Below, piece by piece: positions 10,920-21,642 of a DNA stretch of 64,000 nt. The notes below the pieces were generated by a model, which was not told the DNA's origin, made no database searches, and saw nothing but the letters and a program-made list of their open reading frames with translations. The stretch's first letter is position 1. Each line of letters begins with the position of its first letter. The stretch is from an uncultured Gemmatimonadaceae bacterium (GTDB taxonomy: Bacteria; Gemmatimonadota; Gemmatimonadetes; Gemmatimonadales; Gemmatimonadaceae): the NCBI GenBank assembly GCA_964506655.1, contig CAZDMG010000003.1:9582-73581 (forward strand), given 5' to 3'. Both the position numbers and the translations under genes were made by a program.

Positions 10920-12061
10920 GCGGTTGAGGCACTTCTGACGCGGCGTTCACGAACAGCAGCCAGAAAGCGACCAAAGAGCGGAACGGCATCCCTGGGGCCA
11001 GGTGCGGCTTCCGGGTGGTATTGCACCGCAAAGATCGGGCGCTCCCGGTGTCGTACCCCTTCGATGGTGTCATCGTTGAGGTTGATATGGGTAACCATCA
11101 GTTCGGGAGCGCCTTCAACGCCGGCTGCCGAACCCGCAAGCGTAAAACCGTGGTTCTGCGATGTGATCAGAACCTCACCAGTCTCCATATCCTTGACCGG
11201 GTGATTCCCGCCACGGTGCCCAAAGGGCATTTTTTCCGTGCGCCCGCCATAGGCCAGACCTATAAACTGGTGCCCAAGGCAGATCCCAAAAAGCGGTACG
11301 CCGGACTCGGCGAGCCTAAGCACCGTTTCGGGTGCATAAGCCACTGCCGACGGGTCGCCAGGCCCGTTGGAGAGGAAAACTCCATCCGGGTGCATGGCAA
11401 GCACATCGCTTACCGGCGTTTCCGCTGGTACTACTGTGACCCGGCATCCTTCCTCCTCGAACAGCCGGAGGATACTCCGCTTGATCCCGTAGTCGTAAGC
11501 CACGATGTGATAACCGGCCTGTGCCTTACCCCACTGGTACGGCTCCTCGGTTGTCACAACAGATGCCAAGTCCAGGCCAACCATTGCTGGACACGCATCC
11601 AGAGCCTGGAGCGCTTCTTTGGACGGAGTTTCGCCTGCGCCAATTACCCCCCGCATGACCCCACGGGAGCGGAGATGAAGAGTGAGCCGACGGGTATCCA
11701 GATCGACCAGTGCAGGCACATTGTGCCTGGTAAGCCACTCCGGAAGCCCCTCGTTGCCACGCCAGTTGGACCAGCTCCGCGAGAGCTCCCGTACCACCAC
11801 GCCGGCGACCTGCGGACCATCACTCTCGGGGTCCTGATCGTTGACTCCGTAATTGCCGATTTGAGGAGCCGTCATGACCACTATCTGGCCACGGTAGGAA
11901 GGGTCGGTGAAGACCTCCTGGTAGCCCGTCATGTTGGTATTGAAGACGACTTCAGCGACCGTTGGTTCAGTCGGTCCGATCAGACGGCCGGCAAAAAAGG
12001 TTCCGTCCTCAAGGAGGAGGAACCCTTTTGGGGCCTGCAATGGGAATGGAGCTTTGATCAA
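10916..12061 (-). CDS. carA: carbamoyl-phosphate synthase small subunit
   Basis: EVVFNTNMTGYQE, LSNGPGDP, GICLGHQ, QYHPEA. Confidence 0.96.
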   Translation of the reverse strand: MIKAPFPLQAPKGFLLLEDGTFFAGRLIGPTEPTVAEVVFNTNMTGYQEVFTDPSYRGQIVVMTAPQIGNYGVNDQDPESDGPQVAGVVVRELSRSWSNWRGNEGLPEWLTRHNVPALVDLDTRRLTLHLRSRGVMRGVIGAGETPSKEALQALDACPAMVGLDLASVVTTEEPYQWGKAQAGYHIVAYDYGIKRSILRLFEEEGCRVTVVPAETPVSDVLAMHPDGVFLSNGPGDPSAVAYAPETVLRLAESGVPLFGICLGHQFIGLAYGGRTEKMPFGHRGGNHPVKDMETGEVLITSQNHGFTLAGSAAGVEGAPELMVTHINLNDDTIEGVRHRERPIFAVQYHPEAAPGPRDAVPLFGRFLAAVRERRVRSASTA

Positions 12062-12435
12062 TTTTGTGGCGGCGTCGTCGGCGGTACTTCGCCCGATGCG
12101 GGTCCTAAGGGGTTCACAGGTGACGTGCCAGCGTCAACCGGCGGCGCAGTGGCAGGAGCGGGTGTCCCGAGCTGATCGAGCACCGAGCTTGGGACCACAG
12201 ACCTGCTGGACATCAGCTGCAGGATGAAAGCCAACGCCAGGAAGATCCCGCCACACCACCAGCTCGCTTTAGTAAGCAGTGTACCCGCCTGGCGTGTACC
12301 GATCACTGAATCCGGCGAAGAGCTGGCACCGCCAAAGCTGGCCGCTATTCCACCTCCCTTACCTGCCTGCAGCAGGATGACAACGCCAAGGACGACGGCA
12401 TCGATGATCAGAAGGATGAGAAGGAACGTGTACAT
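12058..12435 (-). CDS. secG: preprotein translocase SecG
   Basis: ILLQAGKGGG...FGG, two TM helices, follows tpiA. Confidence 0.9.
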   Translation of the reverse strand: MYTFLLILLIIDAVVLGVVILLQAGKGGGIAASFGGASSSPDSVIGTRQAGTLLTKASWWCGGIFLALAFILQLMSSRSVVPSSVLDQLGTPAPATAPPVDAGTSPVNPLGPASGEVPPTTPPQN

Positions 12436-12628
12436 GTATTCAGACGGACGTTTGGCAGTGCTGCTGAGCTGCGTCGTTTTTGTTATGAAGACGGGCGCGA
12501 TACCCGGCTTCGGGATGTATTGCCGACAAAAGAGGCCAGCCCTTAAAAATCGTCAATAATGCCGGGAGATGCAAGGTCCTTTGCGGTGACTGTGGGCTTG
12601 AGTACTGCCCTCTCTGTGGCCCTTTGCC

Positions 12629-13387
12629 TCACCCTTTCACAATGCTGCTCCAGACGTCTGCGTCGAGGGAGGCGCCGCCCACGAGAACGCCGTCCACGTT
12701 GGGTGCTGCAAGGAGCGTCTGGGAGTTGCCGCGGTTAACGGAACCGCCATAGAGCAACGGAACAGCTGCTGCGCCCTTATCGCCGAGTCGGCCGGCCAGC
12801 GCTGCCCTGAGCACGGTGTGTATCTGACTGGCGTCTTCCGGGGTGGCTGTGCGTCCGGTACCGATGGCCCAAACGGGTTCGTACGCGATCATCATTGTCG
12901 CTACCCGGGTGTCGTCCAGATTGGCGAGCCCAGCGGCTAGTTGCCGTTCCACTACTTCCTGAGTGGTTCCGGCTTCGCGTTGCGCCAGTGTCTCACCTAC
13001 ACACAGCACGGGCACGAGATGCGCCTCGGTCACCAATGCACACTTGAGCCCTGTTTCCTCGTCGGTCTCACCGAAGACGTGGCGACGCTCAGAGTGTCCG
13101 ACGAGTACGAAGCGCGCACCCGCGTCGCGAGCCATCAGTGCAGAGTTTTCGCCAGTGAATGCGCCCGATGGCTGGGTGTGCACGTTCTGAACGCCCAACT
13201 GAATATCGGGGCGTTCGCGCGCGCTTTCTGCCACTGCACCAAATGCAAGCGCCGACGGGAAGAACAGCAGTGTTCGATCGGAGGTCCGCGGGGTGATCTG
13301 GAGGAAACGGTTCATAAACGCACGGGCATCAGAGGGCCCGTGGTTCATTTTCCAGTTAGCGGCGAAGATCGGCTTGTTGTGGTTCAT
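12629..13387 (-). CDS. tpiA: triosephosphate isomerase
   Basis: ANWKMN, GHSERR, AYEPVWAIGTG, YGGSV. Confidence 0.97.
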   Translation of the reverse strand: MNHNKPIFAANWKMNHGPSDARAFMNRFLQITPRTSDRTLLFFPSALAFGAVAESARERPDIQLGVQNVHTQPSGAFTGENSALMARDAGARFVLVGHSERRHVFGETDEETGLKCALVTEAHLVPVLCVGETLAQREAGTTQEVVERQLAAGLANLDDTRVATMMIAYEPVWAIGTGRTATPEDASQIHTVLRAALAGRLGDKGAAAVPLLYGGSVNRGNSQTLLAAPNVDGVLVGGASLDADVWSSIVKG

Positions 13388-13454
13388 AGCGAAGTCGGGG
13401 CTTGTGTTAATGCCAGGGATGATCGGGTGGTATCAGTACCAGAGCTGTGCTGCG

Positions 13455-14651
13455 TCAGCCTGTGGTGTCGAGAGCGCTGACACCTGGGAGGTCTTTACCT
13501 TCCAGATATTCGAGAGAGGCACCGCCACCGGTTGAGACATGTGAAATCCGGCTTTCGAGGCCGGCCTCAGCGACAGCGGCTGCGGAATCTCCGCCTCCGA
13601 TGATCGTCGTAGCGCCTTGTGCGGTGGCGTTTGCCATTGCAACAGCGACCGCGCGTGTGCCGGTATCATAGGGCGGCTTTTCAAAGACACCCATTGGGCC
13701 GTTCCAGAGCACGGTGCGTGCACCCTGGACTACGTCCGCGAATGCCGCGATAGAAGCCGGTCCGATATCAAACATGGCTTTGTCTCCGGGGATGTCGCGA
13801 TATCCGACGAAGGCAACGTCAGGGTTGTCCATAGCATCAGCGACAGCTGCATCTGTTGGGAGGAGCAGTTTATCGCCTGCCCGTGCCATCAACGCGCGCG
13901 CCATATCAAGGCGGTCGTCTTCGACGAGGGACTTCCCTGTTTCCGCACCCATTGCCTTGAAGAAAGTGCAAGCCATGGCTCCGCCAATAAGCAGGCGATC
14001 GACCTTCGGGAGGAGTGCTTCAACGACGTCGATTTTGCCGGAGATCTTGGAGCCGCCAAGTATTGCGACAAACGGGCGTTCCGGGTTGGCGAGTGTTTCT
14101 CCCAGGTAAGCGAGTTCTTTCTGCATGAGGAGGCCAGCGACCGCGGGTCTCAGGTATCGGGTTACACCGGCGGTGCTGGCGTGTGCACGATGAGCGGTTC
14201 CGAATGCGTCATTGACGTAGAGGTCACCGAGTTCAGCCATCTGCCTTGAAAGTGCGTCGTCGTTCTTTTCCTCACCGGGCAGGAAGCGCGTGTTTTCGAG
14301 GAGCATGACGTCGCCGGGCTTGAGTGCGCGGGTGGCAGCGACGGCGTCGGCACCAACTGTATCGTGCCGGAATGCGACGTCGGTGCCCAATAGTTCAGCA
14401 AGCCTGTCTGCAACTGGCTTAAGAGACCATCGCGGATCGGCTGATCCTTTGGGTCTGCCTAAGTGCGAGAGGAGTACAACGGATGCACCGGCGTCGCGCA
14501 GAGCATTGATGGTAGGCATTGCTGCCCGGATGCGGGTATCGTCTCCGACTTTGCCTTCGTCTGTGAGGGGCACATTGAAATCCACGCGTACGAGAGCGCG
14601 TCGGCCGTTCAGGTCAGCTGGTGCGAGGTCTTTGATAGTGCGAGTAGCCAT
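13455..14651 (-). CDS. pgk: phosphoglycerate kinase
   Basis: [29 protein letters not shown]. Confidence 0.97.
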   Translation of the reverse strand: MATRTIKDLAPADLNGRRALVRVDFNVPLTDEGKVGDDTRIRAAMPTINALRDAGASVVLLSHLGRPKGSADPRWSLKPVADRLAELLGTDVAFRHDTVGADAVAATRALKPGDVMLLENTRFLPGEEKNDDALSRQMAELGDLYVNDAFGTAHRAHASTAGVTRYLRPAVAGLLMQKELAYLGETLANPERPFVAILGGSKISGKIDVVEALLPKVDRLLIGGAMACTFFKAMGAETGKSLVEDDRLDMARALMARAGDKLLLPTDAAVADAMDNPDVAFVGYRDIPGDKAMFDIGPASIAAFADVVQGARTVLWNGPMGVFEKPPYDTGTRAVAVAMANATAQGATTIIGGGDSAAAVAEAGLESRISHVSTGGGASLEYLEGKDLPGVSALDTTG

Positions 14652-14678
14652 GAGAGCTTGCGGGGGTTCTTGCAGACA

Positions 14679-14704
14679 GGCCCCGGCACGAAGGTACCGG
14701 GGCC
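14679..14704 (-). terminator. hairpin between gap and pgk (weak terminator or mRNA stabiliser)
   Basis: GGCCCCGGTAC-CTTC-GTGCCGGGGCC; only a weak U-tract follows. Confidence 0.5.
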
Positions 14705-14740
14705 CGTGATACTAAGAGCGAAAGAATGCCAAGGCTGGCC

Positions 14741-15751
14741 TCAGAGGCTGTAGCCCACCATACGGAGCACATCAACGCAGCGTGAGGAGTAGCCCCACTC
14801 GTTGTCATACCAGCCCGAAATCTTGACGAGCGTACCGTCGATAACGCCGGTGCTGAGTGCGTCGAGTGTGCAGGAGTACGGGTTGCCGATGTAGTCCACC
14901 GAAACGAGTGGTTCTTCGCTGTATGCGAGAATGCCTGCCAAGCCGTTGCCTGCTGCTGCCTTGAAGGCTGCGTTGACTTCTTCCTTTGTAACCGGTCGTT
15001 CAACGACGCATGTGAGGTCAGTCAGGGAGACGTCGGGTGTAGGAACACGAACTGCGACGCCATCGATCTTGCCTTTGACTTCCGGAATAACGAGTGCTGT
15101 GGCCTTGGCAGCGCCTGTGGACGTCGGGATCATGGAGACAGCGGCCGCGCGTGCCCTGCGGAGATCCTTGTGTGGCATGTCGAGCATGCTCTGGTCGTTC
15201 GTGTAGGCGTGGATGGTGACCATCGAACCGTGAACGAAGCCGAAGTTATCGCGGATGACCTTGACCATCGGAGCCAGGCAGTTCGTGGTGCACGACGCAT
15301 TTGAGATGACGTGGTGCTGGGCCGGGTCGTACTTGTCGCTATTGACACCCATCACGAGGGTGATGTCTTCGCCCGTGCCTGGTGCGGAGATGATGACTTT
15401 CTTTGCGCCGCCTTCGATGTGCTTGCGTGCATCGTCGGCTTTGGTGAAGCGGCCTGTGGATTCGAGAACCACATCGACGCCGAGCTCCTTCCATGGGAGT
15501 TTAGCGGGATCGCGTTCCGCCAGGATGCGGATGTGATCACCATCGATGGTGACGCCATCGGCGCTGTGTGTGACCTCGCCTTTGAACTGGCCGTGCACCG
15601 AATCGTATTTGAAGAGGTGAGCGAGGGTGGCTGTATCTGTGAGATCGTTGATTGCAACGAAGTCGAGGTCATTCACACCCTGCAGTTTTGCAGCCCGAAC
15701 CACCTGGCGACCGATCCGGCCGAATCCATTGATACCGACACGTATTCCCAT
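14741..15751 (-). CDS. gap: glyceraldehyde-3-phosphate dehydrogenase type I
   Basis: [26 protein letters not shown]. Confidence 0.98.
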   Translation of the reverse strand: MGIRVGINGFGRIGRQVVRAAKLQGVNDLDFVAINDLTDTATLAHLFKYDSVHGQFKGEVTHSADGVTIDGDHIRILAERDPAKLPWKELGVDVVLESTGRFTKADDARKHIEGGAKKVIISAPGTGEDITLVMGVNSDKYDPAQHHVISNASCTTNCLAPMVKVIRDNFGFVHGSMVTIHAYTNDQSMLDMPHKDLRRARAAAVSMIPTSTGAAKATALVIPEVKGKIDGVAVRVPTPDVSLTDLTCVVERPVTKEEVNAAFKAAAGNGLAGILAYSEEPLVSVDYIGNPYSCTLDALSTGVIDGTLVKISGWYDNEWGYSSRCVDVLRMVGYSL

Positions 15752-15759
15752 GGTATGTC

Positions 15760-16602
15760 CTAGTAATCGTTCTCGTCAAAGTCATCGTCGGTGCGAGCCC
15801 CGGGATCCGGAGCCCTGCCGAACGAGACGTAACTGATGATGCGTGCACCACCTGCAACCAGCGCAGCGGCAGCCGCGTTGAGAGTTGCAGCCGTGGTGAT
15901 CACATCATCTAACAATATCACATGTGCACCACGAAGTTGCCTTGTAGCATTTGCCCGGGCGGTAAAAGCGCCAGCTACATTGCGTGCTCTTTCTTCCGGC
16001 GTCAAGCGGACCTGGGAGCGCGTATTCCGGGACCTCTCTACGATACCCTCCCAAAACGGAATGCGCCACTCAGCGGCCAGCGCTGCCGCGAGTTCGCCGG
16101 CCTGGTTGTAGCCCCGTTCCCTGAGACGGGTTTTGCCGAGTGGTACTGCGACGACCGCGGTGCGCTCCGCGGTGACATCGGGCGGGAATGGGAGCCTTGC
16201 CATGCGGTGCGCCATCTCCTTTGCGGCCCTCTTCCACCCTTGGTATTTGAGTGCGTGAACGATTCTGCCGCCGGTACCGCGGTCCACGCGAACAGCAGAC
16301 CTGGCGGCGCGCACCCAGGGTGGCAGCCGGTCGCACCAGCGGCATGCGGGGAGCCCCTTGGTCTTTTCGGCATCGGTTTCGGGCCTCAGGAGGAGCGGAG
16401 AAAGGCGTGGGTGTCCGCAGCGCTCGCAGATGGGTTCGACTAACGGTTCCGCGCGTGCCCAGCAGATCCGGCAGATAAGACCGCTGTTCCCTTCTTCCAT
16501 GGGGAACCGGCAGACGGCGCAGGCGGCGGGAAAGAGGAAGTCGCGGAGGCCGGCCATGACGGCTGGAGCTGTCAATCGGGTGTCCGGTTGAGTGCTTGCC
16601 AC
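15760..16602 (-). CDS. comF: ComF family phosphoribosyltransferase-like protein with zinc ribbons
   Basis: Four CxxC pairs, [14 protein letters not shown]. Confidence 0.88.
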   Translation of the reverse strand: MASTQPDTRLTAPAVMAGLRDFLFPAACAVCRFPMEEGNSGLICRICWARAEPLVEPICERCGHPRLSPLLLRPETDAEKTKGLPACRWCDRLPPWVRAARSAVRVDRGTGGRIVHALKYQGWKRAAKEMAHRMARLPFPPDVTAERTAVVAVPLGKTRLRERGYNQAGELAAALAAEWRIPFWEGIVERSRNTRSQVRLTPEERARNVAGAFTARANATRQLRGAHVILLDDVITTAATLNAAAAALVAGGARIISYVSFGRAPDPGARTDDDFDENDY

Positions 16603-17450
16603 ATGACGCGGATATCGGGCTGTACGCCGAACCAGCGTTCGAAGGCTACTGCTCCCTGTGCAACTAGCATGGTGAGTCCGTCGATGGCGCGCAATCCGTG
16701 TGCCCTTGCCTGTTGCACCAGGGGGGTGTGGTCTTTGTGGTAAACCATGTCCATGATGGCGGCGTCTGGACGAACGAGTGCTGGCTGGAAGGGGAGATCA
16801 TCGGGCTTGAGTTCAGCGCCAGTAACTCGGCTGCTTGTCAAGCCAACGGGAGTGGCGTTGATGATGAGGTCGTAGGGGGCCAGGTCTCTGGGAAGTGCGC
16901 TGAGGATTTCGAATGCGATGTTGAGTCTGTTGCGGAGTGCAGTGGCGCGACTGGTTGTCCGTGCGACGAGGTGTGTGGTGCTGTTGGTATGAAGAGCGAG
17001 TGCAGTGAGGGCTGCTGCTGCGGCGCCACCTGCCCCGATTACAAGGGCATTCGTGTGTGCGCCAGATGGAATACCGAGTGCCTGAAGTGAGGCGACGACG
17101 CCGGCGACGTCTGTGTTGTCGCCGACCAGCTGGCCATTTGTGAACCAGAAGGTGTTGACTGCGCCGGTTTGACTGGCGGTGGTGGTGAGTGAGTTACAGA
17201 GTTGTGCGACGGCTTCCTTGTGCGGGACTGTGACGTTCCCTGCTCCGTTGGTGGCACGGAGGTCTTCAATGGTCTTTCGGAGGTCGGCTGCGGCTACCTG
17301 TTGGGTCTCGTACGTCGCATTGATGCCGGCGGCCTTAATGGCGGCGTTTTGAAAGACTGGTGACAGGGAGTGCGCGACGGGATCGCCGAGCAGGACGATG
17401 CGGGAGGGTGTGGCATCTGGTGCTGCAGGGTGATCTGAGGCGCTGCTCAT
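16572..17450 (-). CDS. aroE: shikimate dehydrogenase
   Basis: GDPVAHSLSP, NVTVPHKE, GAVNT, GDNTD, GAGGAA, INATPVG. Confidence 0.93.
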   Translation of the reverse strand: MSSASDHPAAPDATPSRIVLLGDPVAHSLSPVFQNAAIKAAGINATYETQQVAAADLRKTIEDLRATNGAGNVTVPHKEAVAQLCNSLTTTASQTGAVNTFWFTNGQLVGDNTDVAGVVASLQALGIPSGAHTNALVIGAGGAAAAALTALALHTNSTTHLVARTTSRATALRNRLNIAFEILSALPRDLAPYDLIINATPVGLTSSRVTGAELKPDDLPFQPALVRPDAAIMDMVYHKDHTPLVQQARAHGLRAIDGLTMLVAQGAVAFERWFGVQPDIRVMWQALNRTPD

Positions 17451-17917
17451 GGTGTATCTGTAGCGCGGTATTGAGCGATGCGATCGAGTGCTGAGTTGAT
17501 GGCTGTCTGGAGTTGGTCGAAGGTAGCGCGGTACGCGTCGAGATCGCCGCCAAAGGGATCAGCGATTTCGTTGTAGTCGGCGTTGTCTGCGGCGAAATCT
17601 GCCAGCAGGTATGATCGTTTTCCCGCGCCGAGTGCATTCGTGCGTTCCAGGTGATGCCTGCTCATGACGAGGATGAGGTCAGCAGTGTCGGCGAGTTCAG
17701 ATGTAAGCAGTTGTGCTCTGTGTTCGGCAACGTTGATGCCTTTTTCGAGACCGACGAGGAGTGAGCCATCGGATGCGGGGCTATCGGGCCATGCGTTTGT
17801 CCCGGCGCTTTCGACCTGAATATCACTTAGTCCGCGTTGTGCGACAGCGTTGCGCGCGATGGCTTCCGCGAGTGGGCTTCGGCATGTGTTGCCTGTGCAG
17901 ACAAAGAGGATTCTCAC
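17447..17917 (-). CDS. low-molecular-weight protein phosphatase (YwlE-like arginine phosphatase)
   Basis: P-loop CTGNTCRS, DPFGG. Confidence 0.88.
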   Translation of the reverse strand: MRILFVCTGNTCRSPLAEAIARNAVAQRGLSDIQVESAGTNAWPDSPASDGSLLVGLEKGINVAEHRAQLLTSELADTADLILVMSRHHLERTNALGAGKRSYLLADFAADNADYNEIADPFGGDLDAYRATFDQLQTAINSALDRIAQYRATDTP

Positions 17918-17922
17918 GGGTG

Positions 17923-18699
17923 TTACTCTGGGATCATCTGGAGTGCTTCGGCGATGGCGAAGTCGCTCTCGAGTGTGATTTTCATTGCGCGTTCGCTGCC
18001 CTGGACGATGACGACTTCGCCGCCGATGCGTTCGACGAGTGCGGAGTCATCGGTAGCGGTAACGTCATCGACTTTGGCTTTAAGGTAAGCGGCATCGAGG
18101 AGTTCGCGTGGGAATGCCTGTGGTGTTTGAGCGCGCCACATGTTGTTGCGGTTGACGGTCCGTGTAATGCGTCCTTGTTCGTCAGTTTCCTTTAGTGTAT
18201 CGACGACGGGCAGTGCAGCGACTGCACCTCGTCCCTGTCGGGCTTCGGTGATGACGCGTTCGATGGTGGCATCGGTAACCAGTGGCCGTGCGGCGTCGTG
18301 TACGACGGTGACGCGGATTTCTTCCGGCAGGTCTTCGAGTCCGCTGATGACGCTATCGGCTCGTGTTTCGCCTCCGATGGCGATGAGCAGTCTGTCGACA
18401 TCGCACTGAAAGAGCCATGGTGGTGGATCTGCGGCGTACTCGCGTGGGAGTACAACGACGACCATACCGACGTCGTCGCGCACCATGAATGTCTGTACGC
18501 TATGGAGGAGCATGGCTTTACCGGCGACCCATCTGAACTGTTTGAGTTCATCGGAGCCGGTGCGGGTGCCATGTCCGCCAGCGACAATGACTACACCGAC
18601 GTCCCTCAGGTTGCCATCGGCGTCATACCGTTCGTCGTGTCGTGACGAGACGGCCGGTGGTGGAATAACGCGACGCATCTGCGAGTGTTCTTCGTTCAT
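17923..18699 (-). CDS. ispD: 2-C-methyl-D-erythritol 4-phosphate cytidylyltransferase
   Basis: AGGHGTR...KQF, VHDAARP, AQTPQAF, TDDS, KIT. Confidence 0.92.
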   Translation of the reverse strand: MNEEHSQMRRVIPPPAVSSRHDERYDADGNLRDVGVVIVAGGHGTRTGSDELKQFRWVAGKAMLLHSVQTFMVRDDVGMVVVVLPREYAADPPPWLFQCDVDRLLIAIGGETRADSVISGLEDLPEEIRVTVVHDAARPLVTDATIERVITEARQGRGAVAALPVVDTLKETDEQGRITRTVNRNNMWRAQTPQAFPRELLDAAYLKAKVDDVTATDDSALVERIGGEVVIVQGSERAMKITLESDFAIAEALQMIPE

Positions 18700-20102
18700 C
18701 TGCGTGCTCCAATGGTTTCAGCGAGGACATCTGACAAAGTTGCGACTCCGACTGCATTAATTCCTGCGGGCACGCGTTTAGGGAGCGACCTTTTGCTTAG
18801 ATATGCGGTAGTAACGCCGAGTTTGGCGGCTTCTGCGAGGCGTCGTTCGGCCTGAGAAACGGGTCTGACTTCGCCATTGAGGCCGAGTTCGCCGAGGAAA
18901 GCCGAGTGTGTGGGAGTTGGGATATCAGTGACGCTGGAGGCGACGGCGACAGCGACGGCGAGATCAACGGCGGGTTCCTGGACTCTCATACCGCCGGCGA
19001 CATTGCAGAAGACATCGAGTTGAGCGCATGAGATTCCGCCCCGTTTATCGAGTACAGCTAGGAGGAGTGCGAGTCTTTTGGAGTCGATGCCGCTGGCGAC
19101 GCGTTGCGGTGTACCGTATCCGGCTTTAGCGGCGAGTGCCTGGACTTCGACGAGTACGGGTCTGGTGCCTTCCATGAGTACGCAGACGGCGCTTCCGGAG
19201 GCGCCTTCCTGTCGATCGCCGAGGAAGAGAGCGGAGGGATCGGGTACGGGAACGAGGCCGTTTGTGGCCATGCGGAAGACGCCGATCTCGTCGACGGATC
19301 CGAACCGGTTTTTGGTAGCGCGGAGAATGCGGTGCTCGAGTGTGCTATCGCCTTCGAAGTAGAGAACGGTATCGACTATGTGTTCCAGGGTACGTGGTCC
19401 TGCGATGCCTCCGTCTTTAGTGACGTGTCCGATGACGAAGACTGCGGTACCGGATTCTTTAGCGAAGCGCATGAGTCGGGCAGCGCATTCGCGCACCTGA
19501 GCGACGTTACCGGGTGCGCTTTCGAGGAGTTCGCTGTGGATGGTCTGGATAGAGTCAACGATAAGGACAGCGGGTGAGCCCTTTTCTGTCATCCATTCGG
19601 TGGCGGTGCCGAGTATTGTTTCGAGGGAGGTTTCATTGATGAGCGAGACAGAGGCAGCGTTGTTTTGGAGTCTGTCTGCGCGCATCCGGACCTGCAGCGC
19701 GGACTCTTCGCCGGAGACGTAGAGAACGGGTTTGCCTTGTTGTTCGAGGGTGGCGGCGACCTGTAGGAGGAGGGTGGATTTCCCGATCCCGGGTTCGCCA
19801 CCGATGAGAACCATAGAGCCCGGCACGATGCCACCGCCGAGTACGAAGTCGAACTCGTCGATATTGGTATGCCAGCGTGAGAGTTCGGCACCGCTTACCG
19901 AGCTGAGTTGCACGGGTGTAGTGGCGGGCGCGTGTTCAGCGCGAGCCTGTGACCGTTTGCTTTGGTGCGAGGGAGTGATGATTTCTTCGACCAGTGTATT
20001 CCACGAGTCGCATGCTTCGCATCGTCCGGCCCAACGCGGGTAGGTCGTGCCGCATTCGCTGCATCGGTGAATGGTACGGGTTTTGGTGGCGGGTCTGACC
20101 AT
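18696..20102 (-). CDS. radA: DNA repair protein RadA/Sms
   Basis: N-terminal Zn finger, GGEPGIGKST, KNRFG. Confidence 0.96.
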   Translation of the reverse strand: MVRPATKTRTIHRCSECGTTYPRWAGRCEACDSWNTLVEEIITPSHQSKRSQARAEHAPATTPVQLSSVSGAELSRWHTNIDEFDFVLGGGIVPGSMVLIGGEPGIGKSTLLLQVAATLEQQGKPVLYVSGEESALQVRMRADRLQNNAASVSLINETSLETILGTATEWMTEKGSPAVLIVDSIQTIHSELLESAPGNVAQVRECAARLMRFAKESGTAVFVIGHVTKDGGIAGPRTLEHIVDTVLYFEGDSTLEHRILRATKNRFGSVDEIGVFRMATNGLVPVPDPSALFLGDRQEGASGSAVCVLMEGTRPVLVEVQALAAKAGYGTPQRVASGIDSKRLALLLAVLDKRGGISCAQLDVFCNVAGGMRVQEPAVDLAVAVAVASSVTDIPTPTHSAFLGELGLNGEVRPVSQAERRLAEAAKLGVTTAYLSKRSLPKRVPAGINAVGVATLSDVLAETIGARR

Positions 20103-20110
20103 GGTGATTG

Positions 20111-21622
20111 TCAGTCGCCTCCTTTAACGAGTCGTGGTCCGCCGCTGTGTGGTGGTTCCGGGCGATTGGAGAAGTTGTCGAAGCGGGTGAATTGTTTATG
20201 GAAGCGGAGTCGGACGTTGCCTATTGGGCCATTGCGTTGTTTGCCGATGATTATTTCGGCGCGTCCTTCGAGGGACGGGTCTTTGAGTTGTCCGGTAGCG
20301 TCATCGCGTTCAGCATAGACTTCCTGGCGGAAGATGAACATGATGACGTCCGCGTCCTGTTCGATGGCGCCAGATTCGCGGAGATCGGAGAGTTGCGGGC
20401 GTCCTTTTTCGCCACCGGATCGTTGTTCCGGTGCTCGTGAGAGCTGTGAGAGCGCGATTACCGGGGTGCTCAGTTCTTTCGCGAGGGCTTTGAGTCCGCG
20501 CGAGATCTGTGAGACCTCCTGCTGTCGGTTTTCCGCACTGGCGGGCCCGCTCATGAGCTGCAGGTAGTCCACGATTATGAGACCGAGGTCGTGTTCGGCT
20601 TTGAGTCTGCGAGCTTTGGCGCGCATTTCCATGAGTCCGATGCCGGGAGTGTCGTCGATGAAGATAGGAGCATGGCTCAATATCCCTACAGCCTGCGCGA
20701 GTCGCGGCATCGATTGACTGAGGGCATTACCACCGGAACGCAGCGCCTGTGCATCGATGAGTGCTTCACTGGCGAGCATGCGTTGTACGAGAGCCTGCTT
20801 GCTCATTTCGAGGGAGAAGAAGGCGACGGGTACTTTAGCGGTGATTGCAGCGTGCTGAGCGATATTGAGTGTGAAGGCAGTTTTGCCCATGGAGGGGCGG
20901 GCAGCGACGATAATGAGTTCCGCGGGTTGGAATCCGGAGGTGAGCTTATCCAGGTCAATGAAGCCAGAGGGGACGCCGGAGACAGCTTGTTCGCGTTGTG
21001 CCAGGAGTTCGAGTTTCTCCATCTCCGGCCAGAGGAGTTCCTTGATGCGCGAGAAGCCATCGCGGTCGTTGGTCTGACTGAGTGAGAAGATTTTTTCTTC
21101 TGCTCTGTCGAGCAGGTCGATCGCATTTTGTTTGGCGTCGAAGGCTTCGCCTACAATTTCGGTGGAGACTTCGATGAGTCGTCGGAGGAGAGCTTTCTCG
21201 CGAACAATGCGGGCGTGATATTCGACGTTGGCGACGGTAGGCACAGCATCGAGCAGGTACGCCATGTATTCGCGTCCACCGGAGCTTTCGAGTTCACCGC
21301 GTCGTTCCAGTTCATCGGCGAGTGTGACCATGTCAGCGACGCCGCCGCGTTCCGAGATGTTATAGATAGCGCGGAAGAGTCGTCGGTGTCCTTCGCGGAA
21401 GAACATGGTATCGTCGACATGTTCAGCTGCGCGGAGTATGGCATCAGGTTCGAGGAGCATGGCACCGAGTACCGCCTGTTCAGCTTCCTCCGAGTAAGGC
21501 GGCCGTCGTTCGCGGTACGGATCTCTGCTGGCGGTTGCGGCATTAGCCGGCGCGGCAGCGGATGTTGGCGCAGCAACAGCCATGGAATCCGGAGTTTGTG
21601 TTTGAACGACGATATGAGTCAT
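20111..21622 (-). CDS. dnaB: replicative DNA helicase (no intein)
   Basis: EAEQAVLG, AARPSMGKT, DYLQL, DLRESGAIEQDAD, KQRNGP. Confidence 0.97.
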   Translation of the reverse strand: MTHIVVQTQTPDSMAVAAPTSAAAPANAATASRDPYRERRPPYSEEAEQAVLGAMLLEPDAILRAAEHVDDTMFFREGHRRLFRAIYNISERGGVADMVTLADELERRGELESSGGREYMAYLLDAVPTVANVEYHARIVREKALLRRLIEVSTEIVGEAFDAKQNAIDLLDRAEEKIFSLSQTNDRDGFSRIKELLWPEMEKLELLAQREQAVSGVPSGFIDLDKLTSGFQPAELIIVAARPSMGKTAFTLNIAQHAAITAKVPVAFFSLEMSKQALVQRMLASEALIDAQALRSGGNALSQSMPRLAQAVGILSHAPIFIDDTPGIGLMEMRAKARRLKAEHDLGLIIVDYLQLMSGPASAENRQQEVSQISRGLKALAKELSTPVIALSQLSRAPEQRSGGEKGRPQLSDLRESGAIEQDADVIMFIFRQEVYAERDDATGQLKDPSLEGRAEIIIGKQRNGPIGNVRLRFHKQFTRFDNFSNRPEPPHSGGPRLVKGGD

Positions 21623-21642
21623 GTAACAGCAGTAGCGTTGAA

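Noticed and set aside
12436-12628. Replication origin near the skew change
   Set aside because: No clustered DnaA boxes (TTATCCACA) or extended AT-rich unwinding element were seen by eye.
20111-21622. Intein in DnaB
   Set aside because: The helicase motifs are contiguous and the length (503 aa) is normal.
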